NCBI RefSeq assembly: GCF_001194135.2
Contig: NC_068985.1
Location: 9,315,035 to 9,379,034, forward strand
Length of the DNA stretch: 64,000 nt
Source: Octopus bimaculoides
Taxonomy: Eukaryota
Direction: 5' to 3'
The notes under the pieces are model-generated. The model worked only from the letters and a program-made list of their open reading frames with translations. It made no database searches and had not been told where the DNA came from. Below are positions 25,918 to 38,683 of the stretch, piece by piece (position 1 is the stretch's first letter; each line of letters starts with the position of its first letter). The position numbers were made by a program, and so were the translations under genes.

Positions 25918-26470
25918 AAAATTTTTCATTAATGTTTTACGTAGTGTTTTTGGTACCGAAAGACTTTCAAACTTCGTATACTTATCTATTTTGTGTTATA
26001 GAACAGAAAAATATTTTTGTATTCGAATTTATTTCATGTAAAAAATTGTCTTATTTCGATAATTTCAACCAATCACTGACAAGTATTCAGTTGTTTATAT
26101 TTACTCCTTTGGCTGATTAAGCGATGTAAAGCGTATTTAATCTCCATACCTTCGTTTTATTTGCTTTTTTCATTTTAAATTTGCTCTAACCCTAACCCTA
26201 ACCCTAGGGTTAGGGTTAGGGTTAGGGTTAATTGTTTCAGAATCGTTTGTTTATGTAGTCGGCACTTAATGTATATCGGCTGAATGGACGTCAGTGATTG
26301 GTTGAAATTACAGAAATACGACAACTTTAACATGGAATAGCTTATGGGTTTCTTTTTTTTTTAAGAAGACTAAGAGAAAAAGATGTTTTATATGACACAT
26401 TCTACCAGTGTTCCAAGTTTCAAAGTGTTTCGTTAATGAAAAATGTGGCCCCCGTTTTAAAAAAGATCCC
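25918..26470. mobile_element. Fold-back/TIR element with a central telomeric palindrome
   Basis: Inverted matches tttttcattaa/ttaatgaaaaa and aatttcaaccaatcactgac/gtcagtgattggttgaaatt. Centre is (CCCTAA)n(TTAGGG)n at 26186-26230. Confidence 0.65.
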
Positions 26471-26669
26471 AAAATTAAGCCCCAGATATGTAATTAACTT
26501 TTCGTTTCCTCTCACAAATTATGGACTTGTGCTTCAGTTGGAAATGATTACCATTATAATTGTTTGTTGTACTGAATAAACAAGCAAACCATCAGGCAGA
26601 AGTTAATGATGACGCAGGAGGTTTAATTATTATCCTTAATTACTTAATAGCTATGATTAATTTTGGTGA

Positions 26670-27280
26670 CAAATTTTGGCGCATGACCAGTAAGTTTTGG
26701 GGAGGAGGTAAGTCAACTACATTGACCCCGAAAGTATGAAAAGCAAACTCAACCCCGGCAGCATTTGAACTCAGAAGGTAATGTCGGAAAAAATGCAGCT
26801 AGTCGTGTTGTCCGGCATGCTAACGATTCTGTCAGCTCTGTTTAATACTAAGAGTTGTAGGGAAGCGAACTGGCAGAATTGTTATCGTTGCAGAAAAAAA
26901 TACTGAGTAACATTTCGGCCGTTTTCTGAGTTCAAATCCACCGATGTTGTCTTTGCTTTTTATCATTTCGGGGTCTATAAAATAAGTACCAGTTGAGCAC
27001 TGGGGTCGATGCAATCAGCTTGCCTCCAGCCCCGAACTTGCTGGCCTTGTGCTAAAATTTGAAACCAATATTAAGAATTGCCGGAATCGTAAGAGCACCG
27101 AACTAAATATCCTGCAGTATTAAATTATTGTTCTTTATGTTCTGAGTTCAAACTTCTCCGAAGCCGACTTTACCTTTCAGCCCTTCGGGGTCATTAAATA
27201 GTGGCCAAACATTGGATTCGATATAAGTTACTGCTCTCCACCTTACAAATTTCTGACCTTGTGCTTATTATGAAACTGGG
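26670..27280. repeat. Three family A SINEs (one minus, two plus)
   Basis: Family A core motifs at 26670-26840 (-), 26865-27070 (+) and 27080-27280 (+). Confidence 0.75.
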
Positions 27281-27949
27281 AGTCACAAGACTTGAGTTTT
27301 TGTACCTCTTTTCAGAAATATCGCGAATTGAAATCTCAAGGTTTTCTAACCTTTCAACGTTTATACTAATTTCACAAACGACATTCTCAAATCTTTTGTT
27401 TATAAGTTGAATGATTTCAATGAAAAATATTCGATATGAACACGAAATTATAATTATAATACTTTTACAAAACCACACAATCGAACGAGGAAAATAAGTA
27501 CTTATTGAATCTCCGAAGGCTTTGGTTTGGCAGCATAAAAGATGATGTAACTAAAGACCACACGAGTTGACTTCACTTTTCATTTCTTTAAAATCAATTG
27601 TGTTTTGCTAGACCCTATTCAACAGACTGTCTCTTTTCCCTATAATCTATAGTCTCGGGGTAACTTGAGATATCGCCTTCGTTATCATCATCGTCATCAT
27701 CATTATCACCACCACCACCATTATCATCATGCTTTCAACAGTTTCACGTGAGCTTCTACACTAGCACCAGCTGGTGCACGTCCATGTTCGTAGATCAGCA
27801 TTGTCGTTTGAAGCTGTAGAAAGAATTGTATTTGTATGCTATATCGTTTTCTTTTCTTGATTCTCGTGTTACTTTAGTTTTCCTTGTTGCTTTAGAATTT
27901 AGTCTGTAGGTTTTGTAAGCCATGTTTCTTACGTCAGTTATTCTTTCAT

Positions 27950-28222
27950 ACTGTTCCCAACCCGGGTCCACAGAAGCTTTAAGGGTAAAAAATTGTAATT
28001 TGTGGGTCCATATATACATTTTGTTTTCTAGGAGAGGTTCCTGTATGTGTATTTGTATTTGGAATTTATGTTATGAATATAACGAAGTTGTTTCATTGTT
28101 AGTTTTTACTAACCTACAAACTAATATTTTATTTCAAAATTTTACATGTGCATATATGGGGTCCACAGATGATAAGATAGCTTTCAGGGGGTCCACAAGC
28201 AAAATAAGGATGAGAAACTCTG
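27950..28222. mobile_element. hAT-like MITE
   Basis: Ends ...tgttcccaacc and gatgagaaactctg; repeated subterminal gggtccaca motifs. Confidence 0.45.
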
Positions 28223-28349
28223 CTTTAGAATTTAGTCTGTAGGTTTTGTTTCCTATGTCAGTTATTCTTTTTATACTGTTTCCTGTGAGTTGTGTGTGTT
28301 TTAATACCGAATGGTAATTGCATAAAGCGTATGATCTATGCAATATAAA

Positions 28350-28603
28350 AATAAATGCGCCCTTTTAAAGCCTAGCCGGGCTCATGGGCCCGGTTTCCCA
28401 GTTTCAATGGCGTATGTGTTCCCCAGCTGGACGGGACGCGAGTCCATCGCAGCATTACTCATTGTTGCTAGCTGAGTGAACTGGAGCAACGTGAAATGAA
28501 GTGTGTTGCTCAAGAACACAACGCGTCACCCGGTCCAGGAATCGAAACCACAATCTTACGATCATGGTGCTGACACCTTAACCACTAGGCCACGCGCCTC
28601 CAC
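28350..28603 (-). mobile_element. tRNA-derived SINE with CORE/V-like body (family E; relatives at ~15850-16040 and 57700-58003)
   Basis: Head gtggaggcgcgtggcctagtggttaagg...ggtttcgattcc, then gtgttcttgagcaacacactt and tgcgatggactcgcgtcccgtccag. Confidence 0.75.
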
Positions 28604-28769
28604 ATCTCTGCAATATCCGTTATACTATTGTGTAGTGAGGTTGCAAAGTACGTGGTTTAAGTTCAGTTATTTTGTTGACGTTTAGTTACGTACAGTATGA
28701 GTTGTACGTGTAGCGCAGAAATTATAATACCAAAATTCTATTGAGTTGAAAATATCATAAACAGCTTAT

Positions 28770-29255
28770 TTTGCTGGGTATGATGGAAAGTGTCAGCTGT
28801 CCACAGCCAGCAGACTAAGGGTGACACTTGTTTTACTGGTCATGCTTCAAGAACCCTGCGAAGAATTCCTGCAGTTCCAAGCAATGCTGGTTTTTGTAGG
28901 TGTTCTACCTTCACACTTGCACCGATCTTTTTCAGCCATGTTGGTAGTCGAGTGCTGATACTTCCAAGTGCACCATTTACTATTGGTATCACGTCTACTC
29001 TCCTCATTGACCACAGCCTTCGTATTTCCCGCTTCAAATCATCATAGTTATTTATTTCTTCTTCTTTCACATTGATCATGTTGCCACCGTGGCATGCGTT
29101 GTCGATCATCATACGTGTTCTTTCTTTCTCATTCACCCCAACGATGTCCGGTTTCCGATGTCTGGCCAGATGATCGCACTGGATCATTGCAACCCACAGA
29201 ATTTTGCAATTCTCATTTTCGGTGACTCCTTCTGGAGTTTTCTCACACCACGTCT
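28770..29255 (-). mobile_element. R4/Dong-like LINE 3' fragment (RLE domain)
   Basis: RKPDIV...ID.A...KEEEINNYDDL...VIPIVNGALG...LQKPALLGTAGILRRVL*. Confidence 0.85.
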
Positions 29256-29397
29256 TTGCTCTTTCGGGGTCGATTAATTAAGTACCAGTGAAACACTGGG
29301 GCCTATGTAATCGACTGGTCCCCTCCCCAAAAATTTCAGGCCTTGCACCTTTAGTAGAAAGGATTATTATTATTATCATTATTATTATTATTATTTT

Positions 29398-29750
29398 ATG
29401 TTTGACTTTTGCTTTGCATTTGTACAAGTTGGATCCAAGTCTCACCCAGAGACCTCAAGAGACAACAAGTTAGAAGTTCATGTAGGTGTTATGCCTAGGG
29501 TACCATATATTTGGATTTGTACAGTTTTGTTCTAGAGAATGTTTAAGAAACCATAAGAAAATTATGTGTTTGTTTTAAAATTTGAGATCACATAGACAGT
29601 ATTTTACGTAGGATATGGGCAGTTCCCATGAGCACTATCTTTTGAACTTCAGCCATTTTGGGATTTCCTGGTATCTGAGCTAGGTAGTAATCAGCCCGTT
29701 TCGCTATCATTCCCAGGGCACCTATGACAATAGGTATTGTTTTAGTCGCT
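29398..29750 (-). mobile_element. R4/Dong-like LINE 3' end within (TAA)n
   Basis: TKTIPIVIGALGMIAK...VQKIVLMGTAHILRKILSM*, flanked by (TAA)n tracts. Confidence 0.8.
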
Positions 29751-29761
29751 TATTATTATCA

Positions 29762-29835
<74 letters not shown>

Positions 29836-30399
29836 AAGGTAGCGAACTAGCATAATCGCTAACAAGCCAGACAAAATTCTTAGTGGCATTTCTTCCGCCT
29901 TTTCGTTCTGAGTTCAAATTCCACCGAGGTCGACTTTGCCTTTCATCCTTTTGGGGTCGATAAAATAAGTATCAGTCAAGTGCTAGGGTCAATATAATCG
30001 ACCAGACCCCTCCCCGAAAAATTTCAGGTCTTGTGCCTATTGTAGTAGAAGACACTTGTCCAAGGTGCCATGCAGTGGGATTGACCTCGGAACCATGCGG
30101 TTCGGAAACAAACTTCTTACCAAGGTTCCATTGCATGCATCTTATTGTATGAAGATTAATAAAAAAAAAATACTACACTGTGCCAGTGCCGCGTAAAACA
30201 CACCGGGTACACTCAGTGAAGTGATTGGCGTTAGGGAGGGCATCCAGTCGTAGAAAGTATGTCAAAGCAGAGAATTGGTGCCAGGTACAGCTCACCGGTT
30301 TGCTAGCTGCTGCTAAGCCGTCCAACCCATCACAGCAAGGAAAACGAATGTTTCATAATGATGATCATGATGATGGTGACGCCGATCATTGCTCTGAGT

Positions 30400-31600
30400 C
30401 CTGAACTTCTCGTGTTGTCGAGATTATTCTCCATTTAATCCTTCTGATCTGTTTTATCGTGTCTATGCCTTAAAGAAGCTTTTCTTCTCATTGCTTTACC
30501 ATGACATTCTGTGACCTCGTTTTAGTCGCATTTTTAGGTTATTACTTTTTATGTGTTTGTGTGTGTTTTTATTTTTTTCTCTTTTTAGCTTTCCTGTTAT
30601 TTCTTCTTTATCCCACAATTGTATTTCTTTTCTTTTATTAGGTATTTTTTGACTTCTGCGAATATGGAACATAGAATTTTGTTTCCTTCATATTTGGTAG
30701 TTGTTTGATTTAGTTTTTCCACTTTACTTTTACTAAGCATTTGTAGTCCTACTTAGTGTATTTTATTAATTTTTTTGCACAAGGATCCTACGTTTATTTG
30801 CTCTCAGCAAATATAATATTTCTCTGTCTGTCATTCGGTGCTGTATTCTAAATACAGTCATTATATTTCTCGTCAACCAAATTTTGCTCATTTCTTGAGA
30901 TTGTAACTATACATAGTTACTAGAATTGCTAGCGTACATACGTTTATTACCTTAATCTTAGCATTTAGCTCCGTTTTGACTATCAATTGTATATGTCAAT
31001 AGTCTATTCTCCTAGCTTTCAGTTTCATTTATGTGTATTTTTCTCCTCTACAACATCAATTCCTAATTATTTCTAAGTCTGGTATTGGCCAAATCATATC
31101 TATTTCTTTGTCAAATACGAATTTAGTGTTTCTAATTAATTTCCTTCTCTTCAAAAGCACCTCAATGCATTTTTGTAACCTGAATTTTACATTAGTTCGT
31201 CTAATAAATCCGTACCCTATCTGCAGTAGTGCCTCATCGTTTATTAACTGCCGGGTATGACTTGACGTTTGAGTGCACCCATCCCCGTACCTTAGGTATC
31301 CAAATCCAATGTTGTTTAAACGTAAATGGTATTTTCTGCTCGGTGTTAACACCAGGCAGAAAAGAAATGAGGAGCGGTGTCCACCATTGTAATAGAAATG
31401 CAAATTGTTTGTATATTAGCAGAATTATTTACTATTTATTCATGAGATACTTGATCTACCTGCATATTATTGGTTCTACTTTACTTGTGGCTCACGTTTC
31501 CAGGATCCATGCCTGAGTAACAATATCAGAAGTTTACAACGTGCTCAGAATCTCATTTTTCTTTACATAATTTTCCGGTATAGTTTTGTTGGTCGTTAAT
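30400..31600 (-). mobile_element. Highly degenerate R4/Dong-like RT region
   Basis: GGHRSSFLFCLVLTP (cf. QGDSLSPLLFCL), NVKFRLQKC..LLKRRKL (cf. GMxFGLxKC..LKRGK), KIKVINVCTLAIL (cf. KIKAINT.A.PVL). Confidence 0.5.
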
Positions 31601-31864
31601 TAACGTTTACACGCAAATGAGCCATTACATCACCCTTCTATATTTCTACAAAGGAGTTGTTTCTCTTTATTCACAAAGATATATATCCACTGCGATATTA
31701 TCGTAATTAAGGCTTTGTAGGGTGTAGCTATGCAGGTTATGGATAGATTTTAGAGTCTGCTGTTTCTCAAATCTTGGTAATTAAGATGGTTTTCCTTAAC
31801 GCGTCCTTTAGATGTTTTATTCCAAATCTTCCATGGGTTACTTAATATCTTTGCCATCACAAGA

Positions 31865-32167
31865 CGGCAAGCTGGCAGAAACGTTAGCACGCCGGGCGAA
31901 ATGCTTAGAGGTATTTCGTCTGCCGCTACGTTATGAGTTCAAATTCCGCCGAGGTCGACTTTGCCTTTCATCCTTTCGAGGTCGATGTAATCGACTTAAT
32001 CCCTTTGTCTGTCCTTGTTTGTCCCCTCTATGCTTAGCCCCTTGTGGGCAATGAAGAAATAAGAAATGTTAGCACGCCGAGAGAAATTCTTTGCAGTGTT
32101 TCGCCCGTCGCTACGTTCTGAGTTCAAATTCCGCAGAGGTTGACTTTGCCTTTTATCCTTTCGGATA
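31865..32167 (+). mobile_element. Dimeric family A SINE
   Basis: Monomer 1 ends ...gccccttgtgggcaatgaagaaataag and joins directly to aaatgttagcacgcc of monomer 2. Confidence 0.85.
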
Positions 32168-35099
32168 ATCACGACAATTGTTTCGACGCATCTACCATCG
32201 ATTCCTCTTGTGGGACACTCAACAACTGGTTCAGGAGCATCCGGTGGTGCAGATGTATCTCGTTGGGCGATAAATAAATAAAAACAACTCGTTAAAATGA
32301 CTGTTCCACAATGTAACTTGCCGTTTTGTAGAGAGAAAAACTGCCAGACAGAGGAAAAATCTTCATATATATATATACATATAGAAGATCAAAAATAAAA
32401 TTGCAGATGACAAAAAGAGAAACGGACACTTAATCCAGCGAGAAAACCGCCCTAACCACTGGGCCATTGCGCCTCCACTCTCAAAAATATAGAAGAGGAT
32501 TAACAAATATCAGACAGTCCTTGCTTTTAAAATGTGTTCAGTTGAATTGGTTAAATAAAAATTAGTTCGTTAATTTTCATAGCTTGTATTATATTTTAAG
32601 TATATTTTTAGTCTGTCTCCACAAAACCGGAAAATCCAAAATTCTGGGCCACTTCCGATTCCAAGTTTGTCGAATATTTGGTCTCATATTGTATATGTAT
32701 ATATGTGCATGTTTATGCACACACACATACACACACATATATGTGTATGTATGTTTTTATGTTTGCATGTATATATATGTATATATATGTATATATGTAT
32801 GTACCTATGTATATGTGTATATATATATACACATACATGTATGTGTGTATGTGTGTATGTATGTATATTATCTATATATGTATATATAGATGTATACACG
32901 CGTGCGTTTAGAGAATAAGTTTAGCCGACACGTCAATGTATTAACTCTTATGTGAAATAGTCAAAATATATTCGGACGTGTGGGCCATCGCTACACAAAG
33001 ATTATTTTGTCTTACTAAGCTAGCATTTCATTTACACATTTGGCAGTCTATCAAAAGTAACAGATACGCCATATTGTTAGGCTATATATTACGACGTTGC
33101 ATCAAGTAGTCGAAATAGATAAAAAATAACTAAACACAATTGAACAATTGAGGCTAAGAACTATTTCGCAAAGACACTATCGAGATAAGTTAAATCTTCT
33201 GCCGATGTTCATGCCATTTTCTCAAGGCATGTTTAATCTCATAAAACACATTAGCTGACATGCAGACTTATCTAACTGGTCACCACTTATTATATTCTTT
33301 TTGTATATTTCATATATATATATATATATATATTGCCACCAGTATCAAACATAAAGGTGATATGCCAACGAGTAAGTGGTCGCATCTTCTGCTAGAAATA
33401 GCAGATAAGTTTCACTGAAATCACACACTATTCTCTTCTATTTAAAAAAATAAAATTAACGACGTGACCAAGGTTGGATTGCCTTTGGTCATTGTTTTTT
33501 TCATCAAACGCGCTGGGATAATAATCCAATGAGGGAGCAGCCGCACTTCTGCTAGAAACAGCAAACAAAATTCACTCAAATTACACAGCAAGGTTGGATT
33601 GCTTTTAGTCATAGGTTTGTTCACCAGCACTGACCTCGGATTCGGCATTTAGAAGACTGAACCTATAACTTCTTAGAACCAACCAGCAAGAAAGCCTTTA
33701 CTCGGTCACAGCTGACTTCGGACCGTTTTTTAATTACGTTAGAGATTCACTTCTCGGAGGTTTCTTTCCTAGGAAGGAACGAAATACCATATCCAAGTCG
33801 CTCACAATCTCAAATTCATGGTTCGAACAGCGAAGGGAAACTGTAAATAACTTTCAATCGAAGAAGTTACTCGAGACAGTTCTCGCAACCAGCATGTTGT
33901 TGGTGCTGACATCTCTAAACGCTTCCCTACCGTTTCCTTTTTTACCAATAGTTTTCTTTTTTATTGATTTTTCTTTTCGTATTTTTCTGACACTGACTTA
34001 ATACTCTCTTTCCGATTTGTTCCCCGCCTGTTATTTATTAAATCCCTCCTTTTTTTAAACTAAGAATAAACTCCCTGATTCGTGGAAATTGGTTCTAGTC
34101 TGTGTCAGTTGAGAGAACAACGCTAGTTCTCTCTTTTCCTCCACTCCACTCCACTGCGAAGGTCACCCCTGAAGCGTTAGATTCTTTACCTTCACTCATC
34201 ACAACAAATGAACTTGCCAAACTCCGACGTCAAACTCTCCTATCTTAAGCCAATGATCTTTTACTAGTAAATCTATCTGTGATGGAAATGAAGCATTAAG
34301 TTTCTGATAACGAATTCTCTGTTGACAATATAGAACACAACTTGTGGTCTGAATAACTGACTATATGACACTATGGACATCCTATAACATTTCTAACTAC
34401 TGAATAAAGAAACCCTGTCTAAATAAAATCTGATCGACTGGATTTGATTCAACCACTTTAAAAACAGAGATCGTTACTGCTGAGCCTCAGAATTGGTCGA
34501 GAGGACACAGACCATTTGATGAGCCCGAATAGTGAAGGTGCGGATTACCAACAAAATCACAATTTGGTCTATGAGGGACAATAGTGAGCATTTTCTCTCT
34601 GATTCTTAACGTATGTGCGCAGTTTTCCAGTAACTGAAAAGATTCTGTGCCTGAGCAGTTGAACAGAAGCGGCTAATATCTACATTACTTTAGTGATGTA
34701 CGGCTGCTTGAGCGTCTTACTTTATATCAAGACACATCTGACCAGACTGAAGTGCATGCTTTCCTGCATCTTATGGAAGTGGACAAGTTCCCTTGAACAG
34801 GAAATTTATTTGCTTCTAACAACCAATAAGAGGCTGACGTACCGGCAGCAATGGAGACACTGACCAACAATGAACGAGTGAGTCGTCTCTGTTCATCCGT
34901 TTTGCTTTTCGGACGACCAGGATCGTCCTGGCAGATTTAATCACGCTCGGTTAGTTCGTGCCGGTTGACATACCCCGTGTTGGCGGGCACCGAACCCGGT
35001 GCTATTGATTGGAACAGATCAGAATGTTTTCCTGTTCGTTATTCCCAGTGCCTACACCAAGTGATTCAGCTTCATTTTTCTGGGATGGTAGCGGCATTA

Positions 35100-35520
35100 T
35101 TTATTATTGTCTTTAATTTTGCTGGTGTTAGGCAGTTATTGCGCATGATGTCTCTGCGTGCGTTGGCTAATTTGTTTGCATCAACATAAACAGGTATGTC
35201 CTCCCCTATAATTTCTCTCCGGATATATTACGTCATGGTTGGTTCAGTGTTGTGTAAAATGTTGTCATGACTTGCTTATACACCTCTCTCGTCCATCTAT
35301 TTTTCGTGGTTCTTTCGACGTTTGTCTTATGGTGTCAATGTTGATTTCTCGGTTCGGATTTCCCTCAAGATCATTTTCAAAAACGTTTGTTCCAATTTTC
35401 AAACTTTTGACCTCAAGTTGGTTCCTCCCTGGGGGACGCGTCTCTTGGTGATCCGTGTGACGGACGATGCAGTATAATCTGTTTCTAGTCAGCATTTTGT
35501 TTGAAGAATTCATTTTAACC
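35100..35520 (-). mobile_element. Possible R4/Dong-like ORF N-terminal relic (may extend toward ~33800)
   Basis: DANKLANARRDIMRNNCLT..KL resembles the Myb-like N-terminal region of R4-clade ORFs. Confidence 0.35.
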
Positions 35521-35802
35521 TTACTGGCAAGGAGTGATTTTCGTCACTACTCTAAACAGATTTACTTCATCTGCACGCATTTGAATGCGCTGCGTTTTGC
35601 AGGTCAACAACACAGTATTCACGGCCCAGCAACGGTGGATTATGCATACGTACACAAAATAAACAAATATTGAGCAAAATGCTTAGCTGTATTTCATCCG
35701 TCTTTACGTTCTGAATTCAAATTCCGTCGATAAATTAAGTACCAGTTGAGTACTGGTAACCCCTTCCCAAAATTCTAGGCCTTGTACTCTTAGTAGAAAG
35801 AG

Positions 35803-35855
<53 letters not shown>

Positions 35856-35982
35856 TTATTGTCTTTGCACAGCTTCTAACGCTGGAGATGTACTACAGTG
35901 TCAGCTGTTCAATACCAGCGAACTAAGGTAACACCTCTTATTTTTCAATCACCATCCGAGGTATTCGAACGGTTCGTTATTA

Positions 35983-36038
<56 letters not shown>

Positions 36039-36039
36039 G

Positions 36040-36500
36040 AGTGAGAGAGCAGTGACACTGGGGTAAAATATACGAAGCCCAGTATACCCATCATGACTAC
36101 NNNNNNNNNNTATTATTATTATTATTATTATTGAGTGAGAGAGCAGTGACACTGGGGTAAAATATACGAAGCCCAGTATACCCATCATGACTACCCGTCT
36201 GATAAGGGTACACCAGGCACATGCATCACAACCTTATGCGCGCAACATGGTGCTCTCATATCAAGATAAACAGCGCATGACCTTGCAAGTGGGGCCCAGT
36301 TAGAATTTTCTTCAGGTTGAGTTGCCCATCCCGCTGAAAAGGTCCTTGAATAAGGGTTGTTTAAGGATGTTGAACGAAACACCCATGTTTCCAAAGGTAA
36401 ATTAACCAAACCCCAAAGAATTCTTTTCAACACATGGCTATGATGCTCCCCCGCTATTTCTACTCGTGATCAAAGATGCACATATCGTCAGCCACTAAAT
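36040..36500 (-). repeat. Non-coding interspersed element ending in a (TAA)n tail
   Basis: Minus-strand end ...cactgctctctcactcAATAATAAT; bounded on the other side by (TAG)n. No recognisable ORF. The first 60 bp are duplicated across a 10-N gap. Confidence 0.5.
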
Positions 36501-36689
36501 TACTACTACTACTACTATTTACTTTTCATCTGCATATTTGTTACAATCACTTGCCATCCTAGGACACCCGGCGTCCTAAAGGCGAGTGAAGGATAAGAGA
36601 TGTTACAGTATGACTGAAAGGTTGGGGAGGGGAAGTGGCAGGGGCAGTAACGGAATATCTTCATATAATACAACACAGACATTTAAATT

Positions 36690-37405
36690 GATAGGCCTTT
36701 TCTAAGGATGTGGGCAGTACTTGTCAGCACATGGTTCTCATCAGATGTTATCTAGATGTTTCCGACCTTCCTTTTTTATCATACCTAGCTTTATCATACA
36801 GTAGCTTTCTACATAGCTCCCTGTGGATTACTCTCCCTAGATTGCCATGGCTTTTCTTGTATTCTTTCTGTGCCAACATCCTACATTCACTTACTAAATT
36901 AGTAACGCTTTCGTCTTTTACTTTGCACAATCTACAATGGGAATCTACTTGGTTTTTGCTATCTTGGCCTTTATCCAATTAGTCCTTAATGCTTGATCTT
37001 ATGCAGCTACTAACAAAATTTCTGTCTTCCTCTTCAGCTTTCCTTTCTGCAATCATAACCATGTCTCACTACTATTTGCTACAACTATCTTTGTAGATCT
37101 ACCACGCAGCGCCTTCTCGTACCATTCAGATAATTTCTGTTCTTTTTTCTTATCTTTAAGTTCGTTTGGTGTTTTTGGTTTCCCTATGGCTTGCTGTGAC
37201 TCTAGCAGCTTTTAATAAACTTCCTTCAGTATTACCTACGTAAGAGTCTATATCAACTCTAGCTAACTCTACGCAATCTTCTACTGATATTAACCCTCTT
37301 TCGCCTTCCTTCCTAAGTAGGTATAATCCTGCTACTCTTGTCCTTCGGTGGAGTCCTCCATTCATATTGAATTCCTTCCTAGTTCTTCTGTCTAGCTTTG
37401 CTAAT
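36690..37405 (-). mobile_element. R4/Dong-like LINE fragment (post-RT region and zinc knuckle)
   Basis: GGLHRRTRVAGLYLLRKEGERGLISVEDC and CRLCKVKDESVTNLVSECRMLAQKEY..H..LGRVIH.ELC. A 3'-UTR-type fragment of the same family lies at ~35850-35975. Confidence 0.8.
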
Positions 37406-37866
37406 TATTATTATCATTATTATTATAAGCTAAGAGAAACGAACTATGCATAATAGTAAGTAGAATGTCAGGCGCCATAAGCAAAATAATCAGCTGAATT
37501 GAAGATATTCATGAAGATGCACCGTGATTCTGTACAGACAAGTCTCTTCATTCCAGAAGGAAATGTCAAATAAAAACAAATCAGATACACGAAAAGAAGA
37601 CGTGAAAAGAAAACTCTAAAGTTCTTTGAGAAAAAACAGATGAGGCTTACGTTGTCATCCCACTAGACTCAACATGGCTCGATGTTAGGTTTCGTTTTAT
37701 TAATTGCTGTTTATTCAAAGATTTATTTGTTTAATTATTTTTGCAACCGTATAAAGGGTTTCCTTGTTCGAGAAGTCAAAACTAGACACGCTTTTTAATA
37801 TGGAGTTTGTTTCAATTAGTGAAACTCTAGACGGGTTAAATTTTTCTCCTTTTATACACACACACT

Positions 37867-37910
<44 letters not shown>

Positions 37911-38478
37911 NNNNNNNNNNNNNNNNNNNNNNNNNNNNNNNNNNNNNNNNNNNNNNNNNNNNNNNNNNNNNNNNNNNNNNNNNNNNNNNNNNNNNNNNNN
38001 NNNNNNNNNNNNNNNNNNNNNNNNNNNNNNNNNNNNNNNNNNNNNNNNNNNNNNNNNNNNNNNNNNNNNNNNNNNNNNNNNNNNNNNNNNNNNNNNNNNN
38101 NNNNNNNNNNNNNNNNNNNNNNNNNNNNNNNNNNNNNNNNNNNNNNNNNNNNNNNNNNNNNNNNNNNNNNNNNNNNNNNNNNNNNNNNNNNNNNNNNNNN
38201 NNNNNNNNNNNNNNNNNNNNNNNNNNNNNNNNNNNNNNNNNNNNNNNNNNNNNNNNNNNNNNNNNNNNNNNNNNNNNNNNNNNNNNNNNNNNNNNNNNNN
38301 NNNNNNNNNNNNNNNNNNNNNNNNNNNNNNNNNNNNNNNNNNNNNNNNNNNNNNNNNNNNNNNNNNNNNNNNNNNNNNNNNNNNNNNNNNNNNNNNNNNN
38401 NNNNNNNNNNNNNNNNNNNNNNNNNNNNNNNNNNNNNNNNNNNNNNNNNNNNNNNNNNNNNNNNNNNNNNNNNNNNNN

Positions 38479-38578
<100 letters not shown>

Positions 38579-38683
38579 TGTTTTGCGTTCTTTATGGGCG
38601 CCTTAAATATTATATGAAGCTTCTATTAACATTTTATTTGTTTTGTTTATATACCTGTGGTGGGGTATTAACTTTTTACTAGT

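Noticed and set aside
26186-26230. Ancestral telomere-telomere fusion site
   Set aside because: The orientation is (CCCTAA)n(TTAGGG)n, opposite to a fusion scar; the tract is very short and sits inside a TIR element.
32165-32220. Third hammerhead-like motif (minus strand ...GAAAC-AAUU-GUC-GUG)
   Set aside because: It has GAAAC, a palindromic loop and GUC, but no CUGANGA core and only a weak stem II. It may be a decayed relic but cannot be supported.
36040-36190. Tandem duplication of ~60 bp plus (TAA)n
   Set aside because: The copies sit on either side of a 10-N gap, typical of overlapping contig ends that were not merged.
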